The position numbers and the translations under genes are program-made. Positions 10,144-18,935 of a stretch of DNA of 64,000 nt are shown in pieces; position 1 is the first letter of the stretch; every line of letters begins with the position of its first letter. The notes beneath the pieces are model-generated. The model saw nothing but the letters and a program-made list of their open reading frames with translations, did no database searches and was not told the DNA's origin. Source of the DNA: Bulleidia sp. (GTDB lineage Bacteria > Bacillota_I > Bacilli_A > Erysipelotrichales > Erysipelotrichaceae); NCBI GenBank assembly GCA_034088345.1, contig JAXDWO010000004.1:5794-69793 (forward strand), read 5' to 3'.

Positions 10144-10159
10144 TGTTGTATTTACAACA
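10144..10159. promoter_or_regulatory. 16-bp palindrome TGTTGTA-TT-TACAACA immediately upstream of the Crp/Fnr regulator gene (candidate operator)
   Basis: Perfect 7-bp arms seen directly in the sequence, ending 10 nt before the ATG at 10169. Confidence 0.3.
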
Positions 10160-10168
10160 AACATTTCT

Positions 10169-10831
10169 ATGATTAAACAGATTGATAAGATATTCAAAAA
10201 CCCTTTATTCAAAGGCATTAACAAAGATATAGACTACGAAGTACTGGAATTTTTAGGTACCCAGTTAAAAAACTATTCAAAGGACCAGTATGTTTTTAAA
10301 GCAGGTAAAAAAATCAAAAGAGCTGCTATTTTAATCGAAGGTAAAGTCGTATTAACAAGAGAAAACTACTGGAAAGAAGAAAGTGTTGTTCAAGAAGTAA
10401 AACCTGGAGAATTATTTGCTTTATCGTTTTCAACTAATTCTTCTATTTCTACTGATATTAATGCAAAGTGTCTTAAATCTAGTGTCATCTTGTGGTTTCA
10501 TACAGAAGATTTATTCATGCATGAAGAAACAAGTAAATACCACTCTATTATAATCAAAAATTTATTATCTATACTTGCTAAACAGAATATTGAATTAAAA
10601 GCACAGGTATGGAATATTTCACAAGATACCATCAGAAATAAATTACTATCCTATTTATCTCTTGAAGCAAGCCAAAAACATACAAATGAATTTGATATTC
10701 CTTTTAACCGTCAAGAGCTTGCAAATCATTTATGTGTAGATCGTTCCGCTTTATCTACAGAACTAAATAAATTACAAAAAGAAGGATATTTTATTGTGAA
10801 GAAAAATCACTTTACCCTTCTTTCTAAATAA
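10169..10831 (+). CDS. Crp/Fnr family transcriptional regulator
   Basis: 220 aa with an N-terminal cNMP-binding-like beta-barrel and a C-terminal HTH (RQELANHLCVDRSALSTELNKLQKEG). No clear SD sequence is visible. Confidence 0.8.
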   Translation: MIKQIDKIFKNPLFKGINKDIDYEVLEFLGTQLKNYSKDQYVFKAGKKIKRAAILIEGKVVLTRENYWKEESVVQEVKPGELFALSFSTNSSISTDINAKCLKSSVILWFHTEDLFMHEETSKYHSIIIKNLLSILAKQNIELKAQVWNISQDTIRNKLLSYLSLEASQKHTNEFDIPFNRQELANHLCVDRSALSTELNKLQKEGYFIVKKNHFTLLSK

Positions 10832-10850
10832 TCTATAGTTTTATTTTGAA

Positions 10851-11300
10851 TCACTTAAGAGCTGCTTTTGCAGTTTCTTTTGCTTTTTCAAGGTCATCAC
10901 AAACAATAAAGATAACGGTATCGGAACTACTTTCAATAACGGCATTATCTACTTTAAATACTTCACTTGGTGCATACATCTGCAGTTGTGATTTTCTTGT
11001 ATCTAAATATGTCTGAACAGTTTCTTTTGCAGAATTTACATCTGTAACCTTAAATACACCGAGACAATCTGCTAACTTATCTGCTGCATAGAATGATCCT
11101 TCTTCATATACACCATCTTCAAAGAAAAATAAACCAGGAATCACTCTTGTTTCAACTTCCTGCACTGTATCAAGTGATAAATCAGCGATTATTTTCTTTG
11201 TCAAATCAGCAGGTGTATCACTTGATGAAGAACTTTTACCACCTGAACAACCAACTAAACAAATAACAGCAAGTAAACTACTGACAAATTTCTTTAACAT
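10851..11300 (-). CDS. DUF4358-like lipoprotein
   Basis: 149 aa with lipobox LVGCSGG. The remainder resembles the DUF4358 family. AAGGAGAG RBS lies inside the upstream gene. Confidence 0.65.
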   Translation of the reverse strand: MLKKFVSSLLAVICLVGCSGGKSSSSSDTPADLTKKIIADLSLDTVQEVETRVIPGLFFFEDGVYEEGSFYAADKLADCLGVFKVTDVNSAKETVQTYLDTRKSQLQMYAPSEVFKVDNAVIESSSDTVIFIVCDDLEKAKETAKAALK

Positions 11301-12048
11301 ATGACTCTCTCCTTACAACATGTGTTGAAATATAATCTTCCATTGCATGAGCACCAGCTACATTGAAATGTAAACCATCCCATACATAATCATCTTTAAT
11401 TGTACCATCTTCATCTAATTCATCATCTAAATTTAAGAAATAAATATGGTTATTTTTTGCAATCTCTTTGATTGTAGTGTTCAAGTTATCTAAATGTTCA
11501 CTTAATGCCGGCTCTGGTAAATCAGATATATAATCTGGATGATATGCCAGCATCAAATAAATATTCACTTCAGGATTATTTGTCTTTAACATCGTAACAA
11601 TTTCCTGTAGTTTTTCGCCAAAAGCGTTGAAATTAGGATTTCTGATTTCGTTAATACCAAATAATAGATAAATATTCTTTTTTTGCGTTGTACTTAAGAC
11701 ATCCATTAAAGTTTCATCCTCACCATACGTATAAGCACTGCTAAGGCTTGGATCAACTTTCATGTTGTCTATTAATAACAAATTTAAAGAAGTAACATAA
11801 GCAACCTGAGCGTTTGTTCGGGTTCCATATAATGCTAAAGAACCCATTCTTGAATCACCTGCAAATAGAACATCATCAAAATATGCATCATCAATCACAT
11901 CATTTTTTGGTGCGCTTTGATCATAATCGTAAAAATTTATTACCCTACAACCGTATTCCTCTTTACCGCTTTCATTATTCTGGTTAGATGAACAGCCACT
12001 TAACAAAAGTAGACAAACAAGAAAACTATTCATTAGTTTTTTCTTCAT
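11278..12048 (-). CDS. SGNH/GDSL-type hydrolase lipoprotein
   Basis: Lipobox LLSGCSS, block I FAGDSRMG and block V DGLHFN. Start chosen at MKKKLMNSFLV; it overlaps the scpB 3' end. Confidence 0.7.
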   Translation of the reverse strand: MKKKLMNSFLVCLLLLSGCSSNQNNESGKEEYGCRVINFYDYDQSAPKNDVIDDAYFDDVLFAGDSRMGSLALYGTRTNAQVAYVTSLNLLLIDNMKVDPSLSSAYTYGEDETLMDVLSTTQKKNIYLLFGINEIRNPNFNAFGEKLQEIVTMLKTNNPEVNIYLMLAYHPDYISDLPEPALSEHLDNLNTTIKEIAKNNHIYFLNLDDELDEDGTIKDDYVWDGLHFNVAGAHAMEDYISTHVVRRESYVKEICQ

Positions 12049-12640
12049 TTTCAAATAAATCATCACTTTCTTCTGTGCTCTTAAAATCTGGTAAATCTGG
12101 TAATTCTTCTAAACTCATTAATTTAAAAGAATTTAAAAATTCATTTGTTACTTCATATAGAATCGGTCTACCAGGGGCTTCACTTCTACCTGCTTCTTGA
12201 ATCAAGTCTCTAGCAAGTAATTTTCTTAACATCATATCTGCACCAACACCACGTATTTCTTCGATTTCTACACGTGTAATTGGTTGTTTATATGCAATAA
12301 TTGCTAAAGTTTCCATAGCTGCAGGTGATAAAGTAGCCTGCTTATTTAGCTGGAATAATCTTTTTGCACTGTCTATTACATATTCTTTGCTCAAGAAGCG
12401 ATATACACCACCATAATTTGCTACTTCAATACCTCTAGAATCATCCGCGGCATATTCTTTCATTAGTTCATCTAATATCTTTTCACATTCTTCTTCGCTG
12501 CATTCTGTACTGCAACTTGCTTGACCAGCCGTTAAACCATCATCACCGACAATAAATAGAAGCCCTTCTAATATGCCTTTTAAATTCGGTTTATTTTCAT
12601 CTGTATCAAATGTAATTTGTTCACTGTTTAATTCACTCAT
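12026..12640 (-). CDS. scpB: Segregation and condensation protein B
   Basis: 204 aa with a tandem winged-helix ScpB pattern (LEGLLFIVGD ... IAYKQPITRVEIEEIRGV). Overlaps scpA by 4 nt. Confidence 0.85.
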   Translation of the reverse strand: MSELNSEQITFDTDENKPNLKGILEGLLFIVGDDGLTAGQASCSTECSEEECEKILDELMKEYAADDSRGIEVANYGGVYRFLSKEYVIDSAKRLFQLNKQATLSPAAMETLAIIAYKQPITRVEIEEIRGVGADMMLRKLLARDLIQEAGRSEAPGRPILYEVTNEFLNSFKLMSLEELPDLPDFKSTEESDDLFENEEKTNE

Positions 12641-13374
12641 GCTGATAAATTTCCTTTAGAAAACCATATATTATCTTTTTCATCTACAGTAAAAAACAAT
12701 ATATGTTGTCTTGTTAAATCTAATACTGCTAAGAATGTAACAATAAATGTAGGTAAATCATTACAGTCATCTAACAATTTGTTAAAATGGAATGTTTTTG
12801 GTAACTTGTCCAGTTTTGCTCTAACTTCAAGCTCTCTTTTTTCCATTGATATTTCTCTAGTAATATGTTTTGTTTCAATTGGTTTAGATAACCTTAATCG
12901 TCGCATACATCTTTCCATTGCTTTTACTAAATCGTATGGATTACCTTCAATACTTTGAGTATCTATTTCTTTTGTCCATTCTTCTGTAATACTTGATAAT
13001 GGCTTAGATAATAAATTCTGTCTTTCTGAATATAACTCATTCAACTCGCTGGTAACTTCTTTAAACTGTTGATATTCAAGCAATCTACGAACTAATCTTT
13101 CCTTTGGATCTTCTTCATATTCATCTTCGAGTTCACTTTGATCTTTCGGTAAAAGTTTCTTTGATTTATATTCAATCAAACTTGCTAATTCCACTAAATA
13201 TTCACTTGCTACTTCAAGATGCATTTCATTCATTGCATTTAAATATGCCATATACTGGTCAGTTAAAACATTAACATCCAAATCAAATAAATCGAGTTCT
13301 TTTTCCTTGATTAGATGTAACATCAAATCTAATGGACCATCAAAATTTTCTATCGTTACTTTAAATTCTTCCAT
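12637..13374 (-). CDS. scpA: Segregation and condensation protein A (kleisin)
   Basis: 245 aa. The N-terminus FDGPLDLMLHLIKEKELDLFDL is typical of ScpA. Confidence 0.85.
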   Translation of the reverse strand: MEEFKVTIENFDGPLDLMLHLIKEKELDLFDLDVNVLTDQYMAYLNAMNEMHLEVASEYLVELASLIEYKSKKLLPKDQSELEDEYEEDPKERLVRRLLEYQQFKEVTSELNELYSERQNLLSKPLSSITEEWTKEIDTQSIEGNPYDLVKAMERCMRRLRLSKPIETKHITREISMEKRELEVRAKLDKLPKTFHFNKLLDDCNDLPTFIVTFLAVLDLTRQHILFFTVDEKDNIWFSKGNLSA

Positions 13375-13425
13375 ATCACGTATTCCTAATGGATTATATC
13401 AAAATCTAGCATATTTCTCCATGGC

Positions 13426-13433
13426 TAAATCCC
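13426..13433. repeat. Left copy of the 8-bp target-site duplication TAAATCCC
   Basis: Identical to 15081-15088. The preceding C is also shared, giving 9 bp (CTAAATCCC). Confidence 0.7.
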
Positions 13434-13438
13434 AGTAA

Positions 13439-13535
13439 TTTAAAGTACTCAGTGGTGTGGCTACCCCTTTAACTATAACCGTGGTGTGGTCATCAATATA
13501 ACACCCGAGTGGTTTTTATATAACAATTGTGTGGT
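13439..13535 (+). repeat. Left subterminal repeat array: 3-4 copies of TATAAC-N6-GTGGT
   Basis: Copies at 13474-13490, 13497-13513 and 13519-13535 (22-23 bp phasing), plus a degenerate terminal copy ending at AGTGGT 13451-13456. Confidence 0.7.
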
Positions 13536-13613
13536 CATTATGCAGTAAATTAAAAACTCCTTAACTTATAATTGAGTTTGACTGTAAACAAATATAAGAA
13601 AGGAGTTTTTATA

Positions 13614-14921
13614 ATGGATACTAATATCCGAAATAAGTTTATCACGAACATACTTAATGTTGATGATAAAGATATTGATTCATTAGATTGTATCGATGAC
13701 TCAAATGGTAATTTAACACTTACCATTAAATTGTTAAGAAAAGAAAGTGATGTTTGTCCGGCATGTGACAAACCAGGAAGAATACATGGTTATAATACGA
13801 AAAAACTTAACCATTCTATTTTTGCTAATAGAAAATGTATTATTATTTTCAAACAGAGAAGATATAAATGTGTAGATTGTGATTTAACATTTTCAGAATC
13901 GAACCCTTTTGCAAAAAGAAATGGAAAAATCACTCATGAAACAAAAATAAATGTTCTGAAAGATCTCAAGAGAACTAATGTCACATATAACCAGGTCGCT
14001 GGAAGATATAATATTACAGCTACTGAAGTTCAAAGAATTTTTGATAAACATGTAAATATTGAACCTCATGCTTTACCAGAAGCTTTATCAATTGATGAAC
14101 ATTACTTTCCAAATAGTGATTATGATGGTTTATATATGTTTATTATGATGGATTTCAGAACAGGAGAGCTTATTGATATCTATCCTGACAGGAAAAAAAG
14201 TTATCTGATATCTAAATTTTCAGCCATCAAGAATAGAACGTATAACGATAAAACACATACTAGCGAATTAAGTAGAGTGAAATATATTTCAATGGATCTC
14301 AATGATTATTATAGACAAGTATGCAAATTATATTTTCCTAACGCCATTATCTGTGCCGACGAATTTCATGTCATAAAAAATTTAAATGATTATTTTGATA
14401 ATGTCAGAAAAAGATGTAGAAGAAATTGTGACAGTGATTTGTATATATATCTGCTTACTAAGTTTGAATGTGTTTTAAGTGTTGATGCAGATTTAGATAA
14501 TATCGGTAAATATAACAGGAAACTTGGTAGATACATCAATTACCGTGGCATAAGAGAATTGATTTTTGAAGCTTTTCCAGATATAAGGATAGCTTATGAA
14601 TTAAAAGAAGATTATATATCATTTAATAGAACTGCTACATTAAACAATGCTGAAATTGAACTTGAAAAACTAATTGAAGCTTTTAAAAACTGCAGCATTA
14701 AAGAATATAAAGCATTCTCGTCATTACTTATTAACTGGGAAAAAGAAATAGTTAATTCATTTATTGTTATAGAGGGTAAAAGAATAAATAATTCATTTAT
14801 TGAATCAAGAAACAGACAAATAGGTTCACTAATTTATAACGCTAATGGATTATCTAATTTCAAAAGAACCAGAAACAGAATAATGTACTGTATCAACAAA
14901 AATGATATATATTCAATTTAA
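13614..14921 (+). CDS. ISL3 family transposase
   Basis: N-terminal zinc-finger (CPACD...CVDCD) followed by a DDE_Tnp_ISL3-like domain. AAAGGAG RBS lies 8 nt before the ATG (MDTNIRNKF). Confidence 0.85.
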   Translation: MDTNIRNKFITNILNVDDKDIDSLDCIDDSNGNLTLTIKLLRKESDVCPACDKPGRIHGYNTKKLNHSIFANRKCIIIFKQRRYKCVDCDLTFSESNPFAKRNGKITHETKINVLKDLKRTNVTYNQVAGRYNITATEVQRIFDKHVNIEPHALPEALSIDEHYFPNSDYDGLYMFIMMDFRTGELIDIYPDRKKSYLISKFSAIKNRTYNDKTHTSELSRVKYISMDLNDYYRQVCKLYFPNAIICADEFHVIKNLNDYFDNVRKRCRRNCDSDLYIYLLTKFECVLSVDADLDNIGKYNRKLGRYINYRGIRELIFEAFPDIRIAYELKEDYISFNRTATLNNAEIELEKLIEAFKNCSIKEYKAFSSLLINWEKEIVNSFIVIEGKRINNSFIESRNRQIGSLIYNANGLSNFKRTRNRIMYCINKNDIYSI

Positions 14922-14950
14922 ATAAAAAGAAAAGATATAGTTTACAGTCA

Positions 14951-14975
14951 GCAGGTTAACACCTGCTTTTATAAA
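14951..14975 (+). terminator. Terminator after the transposase gene
   Basis: GCAGGT-TAAC-ACCTGC hairpin followed by TTTTATAAA. Confidence 0.6.
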
Positions 14976-14990
14976 TCTATATCTTATAAA

Positions 14991-15075
14991 ACCACACAAT
15001 TGTTATAGTCAAACCACAATTTTGTTATAACTAAACCACATGGTTGTTATAGAGGGAACCACTCTCTATGTTAAA
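14991..15075 (+). repeat. Right subterminal repeat array: ACCAC-N6-GTTATA, inverted relative to the left array
   Basis: Copies at 14991-15007 (exact reverse complement of 13519-13535), 15013-15029 and 15035-15051, plus a degenerate terminal copy at 15058-15075. Phasing is 22 bp. Confidence 0.7.
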
Positions 15076-15080
15076 TTCCC

Positions 15081-15088
15081 TAAATCCC
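15081..15088. repeat. Right copy of the 8-bp target-site duplication TAAATCCC
   Basis: Identical to 13426-13433. Confidence 0.7.
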
Positions 15089-15097
15089 TTAACAATA

Positions 15098-15157
15098 CAT
15101 AAAGAAAAGCTTAAGATTAGACAAGATAACAATAATCTCCCTAAAAATAAGCTTTTT
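15098..15157 (-). terminator. Probable leuS terminator (long interrupted hairpin)
   Basis: AAAAGCTTA...TAAGCTTTT outer stem with an inner AGATTA/TAATCT stem. TTCTTT follows on the minus strand. Confidence 0.45.
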
Positions 15158-15167
15158 TGAATATAAA

Positions 15168-17582
15168 TTATTTTACAACAATATTTACAATCTTATTTGG
15201 AATGACGATAACTTTAACAACTTGACTGTCTGCTAGATATTTTTGTATAGCTTCTAGTTCCATTGCCTGCTTTTGTACTACTTCTGAATCTTCATCCTTG
15301 TTTGTTTCAAATTTACCTCTTACTTTGCCATTAACCTGAACAATAATCATCACTTTGCTTTCTTCAAGCTTTGATGCATCATATGTTGGCCAAGCAGCGT
15401 AAGCGATTGAATCTTCATGACCTAATAACTGCCACATTTCTTCACCAACATGAGGTGTAATGCAAGACAGCATCTTGATAATTCCTTCCGCATATGGCTT
15501 ATAAAGAGTTTCTGCTTTATATGCTTCATTAACGAAAATCATCATTTGGGAAATTGCTGTATTGAATCCTAAAGATTCATAGTCTTCTGTAACTTTTTTA
15601 ACTGTCTGGTTATAGATAAAATCTAATTTACCATCATTTGTATCTGTTAATTTACCTGATTCAATAAATAAACGATATACACGGTCAATCCATTTCTTAG
15701 CACCATCTACACCAGCCATAGACCAAGGTTTGCTCGCTTCTAGTGGTCCCATAAACATTTCATATAAACGAAGTGTATCAGCACCATAGTTCTTTACAAT
15801 ATCAGATGGATTGATAACATATTTTGGGAATCTCTTACCCATCTTGATACCATTTTCACCCAAGATCATACCCTGGTGAACAAGTTTTTTAAATGGTTCT
15901 CTACATGGAACAATACCTTTATCATATAAGTAATTATTCCAGATACGGGAATACATCAAATGACCAACTGCATGTTCTGGTCCACCAACATATAAATCTA
16001 CTGGCATCCAGTGCTTTAGTAATTCAGGATCTGCTAACTGTTTATCATTCTTTGGATCAATATATCGTAAATAATACCAGCTTGAGCCAGCAGAACCTGG
16101 CATTGTAGAAGTCTCACGTGTTCCATGAACGCCATTTCTATCATACTTCTTCCATTCAGTGGCATTTTCTAGTGGAGCTTTGCCATTATGACCTTTATAG
16201 TCTTCTAGTTCTGGAAGAATTAGTGGTAATTCATCATCCGGCAAAATATAATCAGTTCCATCATCTAAATGAACAATTGGTACTGGTTCTCCCCAATAGC
16301 GTTGACGTGCAAAAATCCATTCACGGAAACGGTAGTTAACCTTTTCTTTGGCAATACCCATATCTACTAATTTTTTTGTAATTGCTACTTTCGCTTCTTC
16401 AACTGTTAAACCTGTAAATTCTGCAGAATTAATTAACTTGCAACCTTTACCAAGATAATCCTGCTTTTCAAATGCACACTTTGATACATCTCTGCCTTCA
16501 ATAACTTGAATCATATCAATGTTATGTGCAATAGCATATTCAAAGTCACGCTGGTCATGGCTTGGTACCGCCATAACTGCACCTGTACCATAGTTTGCAA
16601 GTACGAAGTCGCCAATAAATACTTCTACTTCTCTACCATTAACAGGGTTAATTGCTTTAATTCCTTCAAGTCTACAACCAGTTTTACCTTTATTTAATTC
16701 AGTACGGTCCATATCTGATTTAGATAGAGTTTCTTGAATATATGCTTTAACTTCATCCTGATTTTTAATACGTGGCATTAAATCTTGAACAAGTTGTCCA
16801 TCTGGTGCTAGAACCATGAATGTAATACCATAGATTGTTTCGATACATGTTGTAAAGATAGAGAATTTTCCACCACCAACGATTTCAAATTCGACTTCAA
16901 CACCAGTTGAACGACCAATCCAGTTACGTTGCATTTCTTTTGTAGATTCTGGCCAGTCAATATGATTCAAACCTTCTAATAGTTTTTCTGCAAAAGCAAC
17001 CTGGTCAATACATAATTGTTTCATATTCTTACGAACAACAGGATATCCACCACGTTCACTCTTACCATCAATAACTTCATCATTTGATAATACTGTACCT
17101 AGTTCTTCACACCAGTTAACTGGCATATCAATATATTTTGCATATCCATCTTCATATAATTGTTTGAAAATCCATTGTGTCCAGTGATAGAAGTCAGGAT
17201 TAGATGTTGCAATCATTCTTGACCAGTCATAGTCAAAACCTAATTCCTTTAACTGTTTTGTAAAAGTTTTGATATTTTCTTGTGTAAATCCATTTGGATT
17301 ATTACCGGTTTGAACAGCATATTGTTCAGCAGGCAAGCCGAAAGAGTCATATCCCATTGGATGTAATACGTTATATCCCTGCATTCTTTTCATACGGGAA
17401 ACGATATCTGTTGCTGTATAGCCTTCAGGGTGTCCAGCATGAAGTCCTACACCACTTGGATAAGGAAACATATCTAAAACATAATATTTTGGTTTAGAAA
17501 AATCCCAGATATCCGTTTTGAATGTTTCATGGTCTTCCCAATACTTTTGCCATTTTTTCTCTACTTCTAAATGATTGTACAT
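15168..17582 (-). CDS. leuS: Leucine--tRNA ligase
   Basis: 804 aa with a class I HIGH-type motif (HAGHPEGY). Full-length LeuS-like organisation. Preceded by a Leu T-box. Confidence 0.95.
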   Translation of the reverse strand: MYNHLEVEKKWQKYWEDHETFKTDIWDFSKPKYYVLDMFPYPSGVGLHAGHPEGYTATDIVSRMKRMQGYNVLHPMGYDSFGLPAEQYAVQTGNNPNGFTQENIKTFTKQLKELGFDYDWSRMIATSNPDFYHWTQWIFKQLYEDGYAKYIDMPVNWCEELGTVLSNDEVIDGKSERGGYPVVRKNMKQLCIDQVAFAEKLLEGLNHIDWPESTKEMQRNWIGRSTGVEVEFEIVGGGKFSIFTTCIETIYGITFMVLAPDGQLVQDLMPRIKNQDEVKAYIQETLSKSDMDRTELNKGKTGCRLEGIKAINPVNGREVEVFIGDFVLANYGTGAVMAVPSHDQRDFEYAIAHNIDMIQVIEGRDVSKCAFEKQDYLGKGCKLINSAEFTGLTVEEAKVAITKKLVDMGIAKEKVNYRFREWIFARQRYWGEPVPIVHLDDGTDYILPDDELPLILPELEDYKGHNGKAPLENATEWKKYDRNGVHGTRETSTMPGSAGSSWYYLRYIDPKNDKQLADPELLKHWMPVDLYVGGPEHAVGHLMYSRIWNNYLYDKGIVPCREPFKKLVHQGMILGENGIKMGKRFPKYVINPSDIVKNYGADTLRLYEMFMGPLEASKPWSMAGVDGAKKWIDRVYRLFIESGKLTDTNDGKLDFIYNQTVKKVTEDYESLGFNTAISQMMIFVNEAYKAETLYKPYAEGIIKMLSCITPHVGEEMWQLLGHEDSIAYAAWPTYDASKLEESKVMIIVQVNGKVRGKFETNKDEDSEVVQKQAMELEAIQKYLADSQVVKVIVIPNKIVNIVVK

Positions 17583-17795
17583 ATACCCTCCTAAAATATA
17601 AAAGACGCCCTAATCTAAGGACGTCCTGTTAACGCGTTACCACCTTAGTTCACTATTTTTAGTGCACCTTCATTACCTTATTAACGCTAAGCACGGTCAC
17701 TCCTATGCTAAGTTCAGCTCTCTTCTATATTGGTTTTCATCACCCACCAACTTTCTCTAATAGAAATCCTGCTTACTACTTCATAATCAACGTAA
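17583..17795 (-). promoter_or_regulatory. T-box leader (Leu, specifier CUU) with terminator/antiterminator
   Basis: On the minus strand: stem I elements AGAGAAAG and GGTGGGTGATGAAAACC, a specifier loop GAA-CUU-A (CTT = plus 17708-17710), the T-box sequence GGTGGTAACGCG (17631-17642), and the terminator GACGTCC...GGGCGTC followed by a T-run (17600-17626). Confidence 0.85.
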
Positions 17796-17800
17796 CGATA

Positions 17801-17829
17801 TAATCTTACAACCTTTTTAAAATAACTGC
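17801..17829 (-). promoter_or_regulatory. Candidate sigma-A promoter of the leuS leader
   Basis: TTGCAG - 17 bp - TAAGAT on the minus strand, directly after the GT4 stop codon. Confidence 0.4.
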
Positions 17830-17838
17830 AATTAAGAT

Positions 17839-18843
17839 TTATTTATCCAAAACTGATTCATATACCGCTTTTAATTCTTGTCCTATTTTGTCTATACTTC
17901 TTTCTTTAGCAACTTCAAATCCTGCTTCTTTTGTGCTAGGTAATGTCTTTTCTACACATCCTTGTACCAGTTTTATAAATTCTTCATTATCATGACCTTT
18001 ATAACAATGAACTTTATCTTTTAGCCATGGATTGAATACACCAATATCTCTAACTACAACATTTTGATGACTTGCTAAAGCTTCTAAAACAACAATACCT
18101 TCTGTTTCTTCATAGCTTGGAAAAAAGAAACAATCCGCATCAAGATATGCTCCCTGAATAATTGGTCCTTTAACATATCCTGGAAAAATACAGTTTAGCG
18201 GGTGATTTTCAACTGCTTTATTGATTTCACTAGGAACTAACATTGGATTAATTTCACCAAACCAGATGAACTTATATTCCGGTAAACTTTCCGCCACCTT
18301 TATAAAATCTAATATACCCTTTCTTTCAAAAGGTAATCCAACTCCAATAACAACTTTATCTGTTTCCTTTAAGCTGAAATATTTACGATATGCTTTAATC
18401 TTTTCTTCATCATATGCGTATTGTTCTAACTCAATACCATTACTGATTGGATAAATTGGTAACGTAATACCATAGTTTTGTAATAATTGCTTAGAATAAG
18501 GCGTTGGCGTAATAATCACATCTGCTTTTGAATATAAATTAACAAGAATCTGTTTAACTACAGGAGCTAACATATTTGACATAATAAAACTATTACGGAA
18601 ATCTTCTTCTGTAGAATGAGCGTGATATACAACTTTCTTGCCATTTTTTCTAGCATTACGAATAATTGATTCACTATTCAAACCATATGTATTGATATGT
18701 AAAATATCATAATCTTCATCCCAGGGATCGGTTGTATATTCTATACCAGCACTCGTTAAAGCTGCTTTTTGATGTTCAAATGCTCTACCAATACCTGATG
18801 TCTGAATCAAACTTTCACTTTCAAAATATAATAATATCTTCAT
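17839..18843 (-). CDS. GT4-family glycosyltransferase (diacylglycerol glycosyltransferase-like)
   Basis: 334 aa with a GT-B fold pattern and the E-x7-E motif (SYEETEGIVVLEALAS). Confidence 0.7.
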   Translation of the reverse strand: MKILLYFESESLIQTSGIGRAFEHQKAALTSAGIEYTTDPWDEDYDILHINTYGLNSESIIRNARKNGKKVVYHAHSTEEDFRNSFIMSNMLAPVVKQILVNLYSKADVIITPTPYSKQLLQNYGITLPIYPISNGIELEQYAYDEEKIKAYRKYFSLKETDKVVIGVGLPFERKGILDFIKVAESLPEYKFIWFGEINPMLVPSEINKAVENHPLNCIFPGYVKGPIIQGAYLDADCFFFPSYEETEGIVVLEALASHQNVVVRDIGVFNPWLKDKVHCYKGHDNEEFIKLVQGCVEKTLPSTKEAGFEVAKERSIDKIGQELKAVYESVLDK

Positions 18844-18874
18844 AACTCACCATTTATGTTTCAATACAATTTTA

Positions 18875-18912
18875 GCAAAAAAATCCACGATATGAATGAA
18901 TACCGTGGATTT
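18875..18912 (-). terminator. Terminator downstream of the PFOR gene
   Basis: AAATCCACG ... CGTGGATTT hairpin followed on the minus strand by TTTTTTTG. Confidence 0.6.
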
Positions 18913-18935
18913 AATTTATTATGAATTACTTAAGA

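Larger units (their letters stand above)
13434..15080 (+). mobile_element. ISL3-family insertion sequence (about 1.65 kb) inserted between leuS and scpA
   Basis: Single transposase ORF. Imperfect terminal inverted repeats nnnAATTTAA-N7-AGTGGT at both ends, flanked by the direct repeat TAAATCCC. An 8-bp TSD fits the ISL3 family. Confidence 0.75.

Noticed and set aside
10034-10168. Possible purine riboswitch or PurR-type control upstream of purB
   Set aside because: No sequence resembling the conserved purine-riboswitch three-way junction, and no terminator, is visible in the 135-nt leader region.
13550-13771. 73-aa minus-strand ORF at the left end of the IS
   Set aside because: It is antisense to the transposase N-terminus and its RBS, with no start context.
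13439-15075. Regularly spaced (22-23 bp) short repeats that might suggest a CRISPR-like or iteron array
   Set aside because: There are only 3-4 copies per side. They are arranged as mirror images at the two ends of a transposase gene and bounded by a target-site duplication. They are IS subterminal repeats, not CRISPR repeats with spacers.
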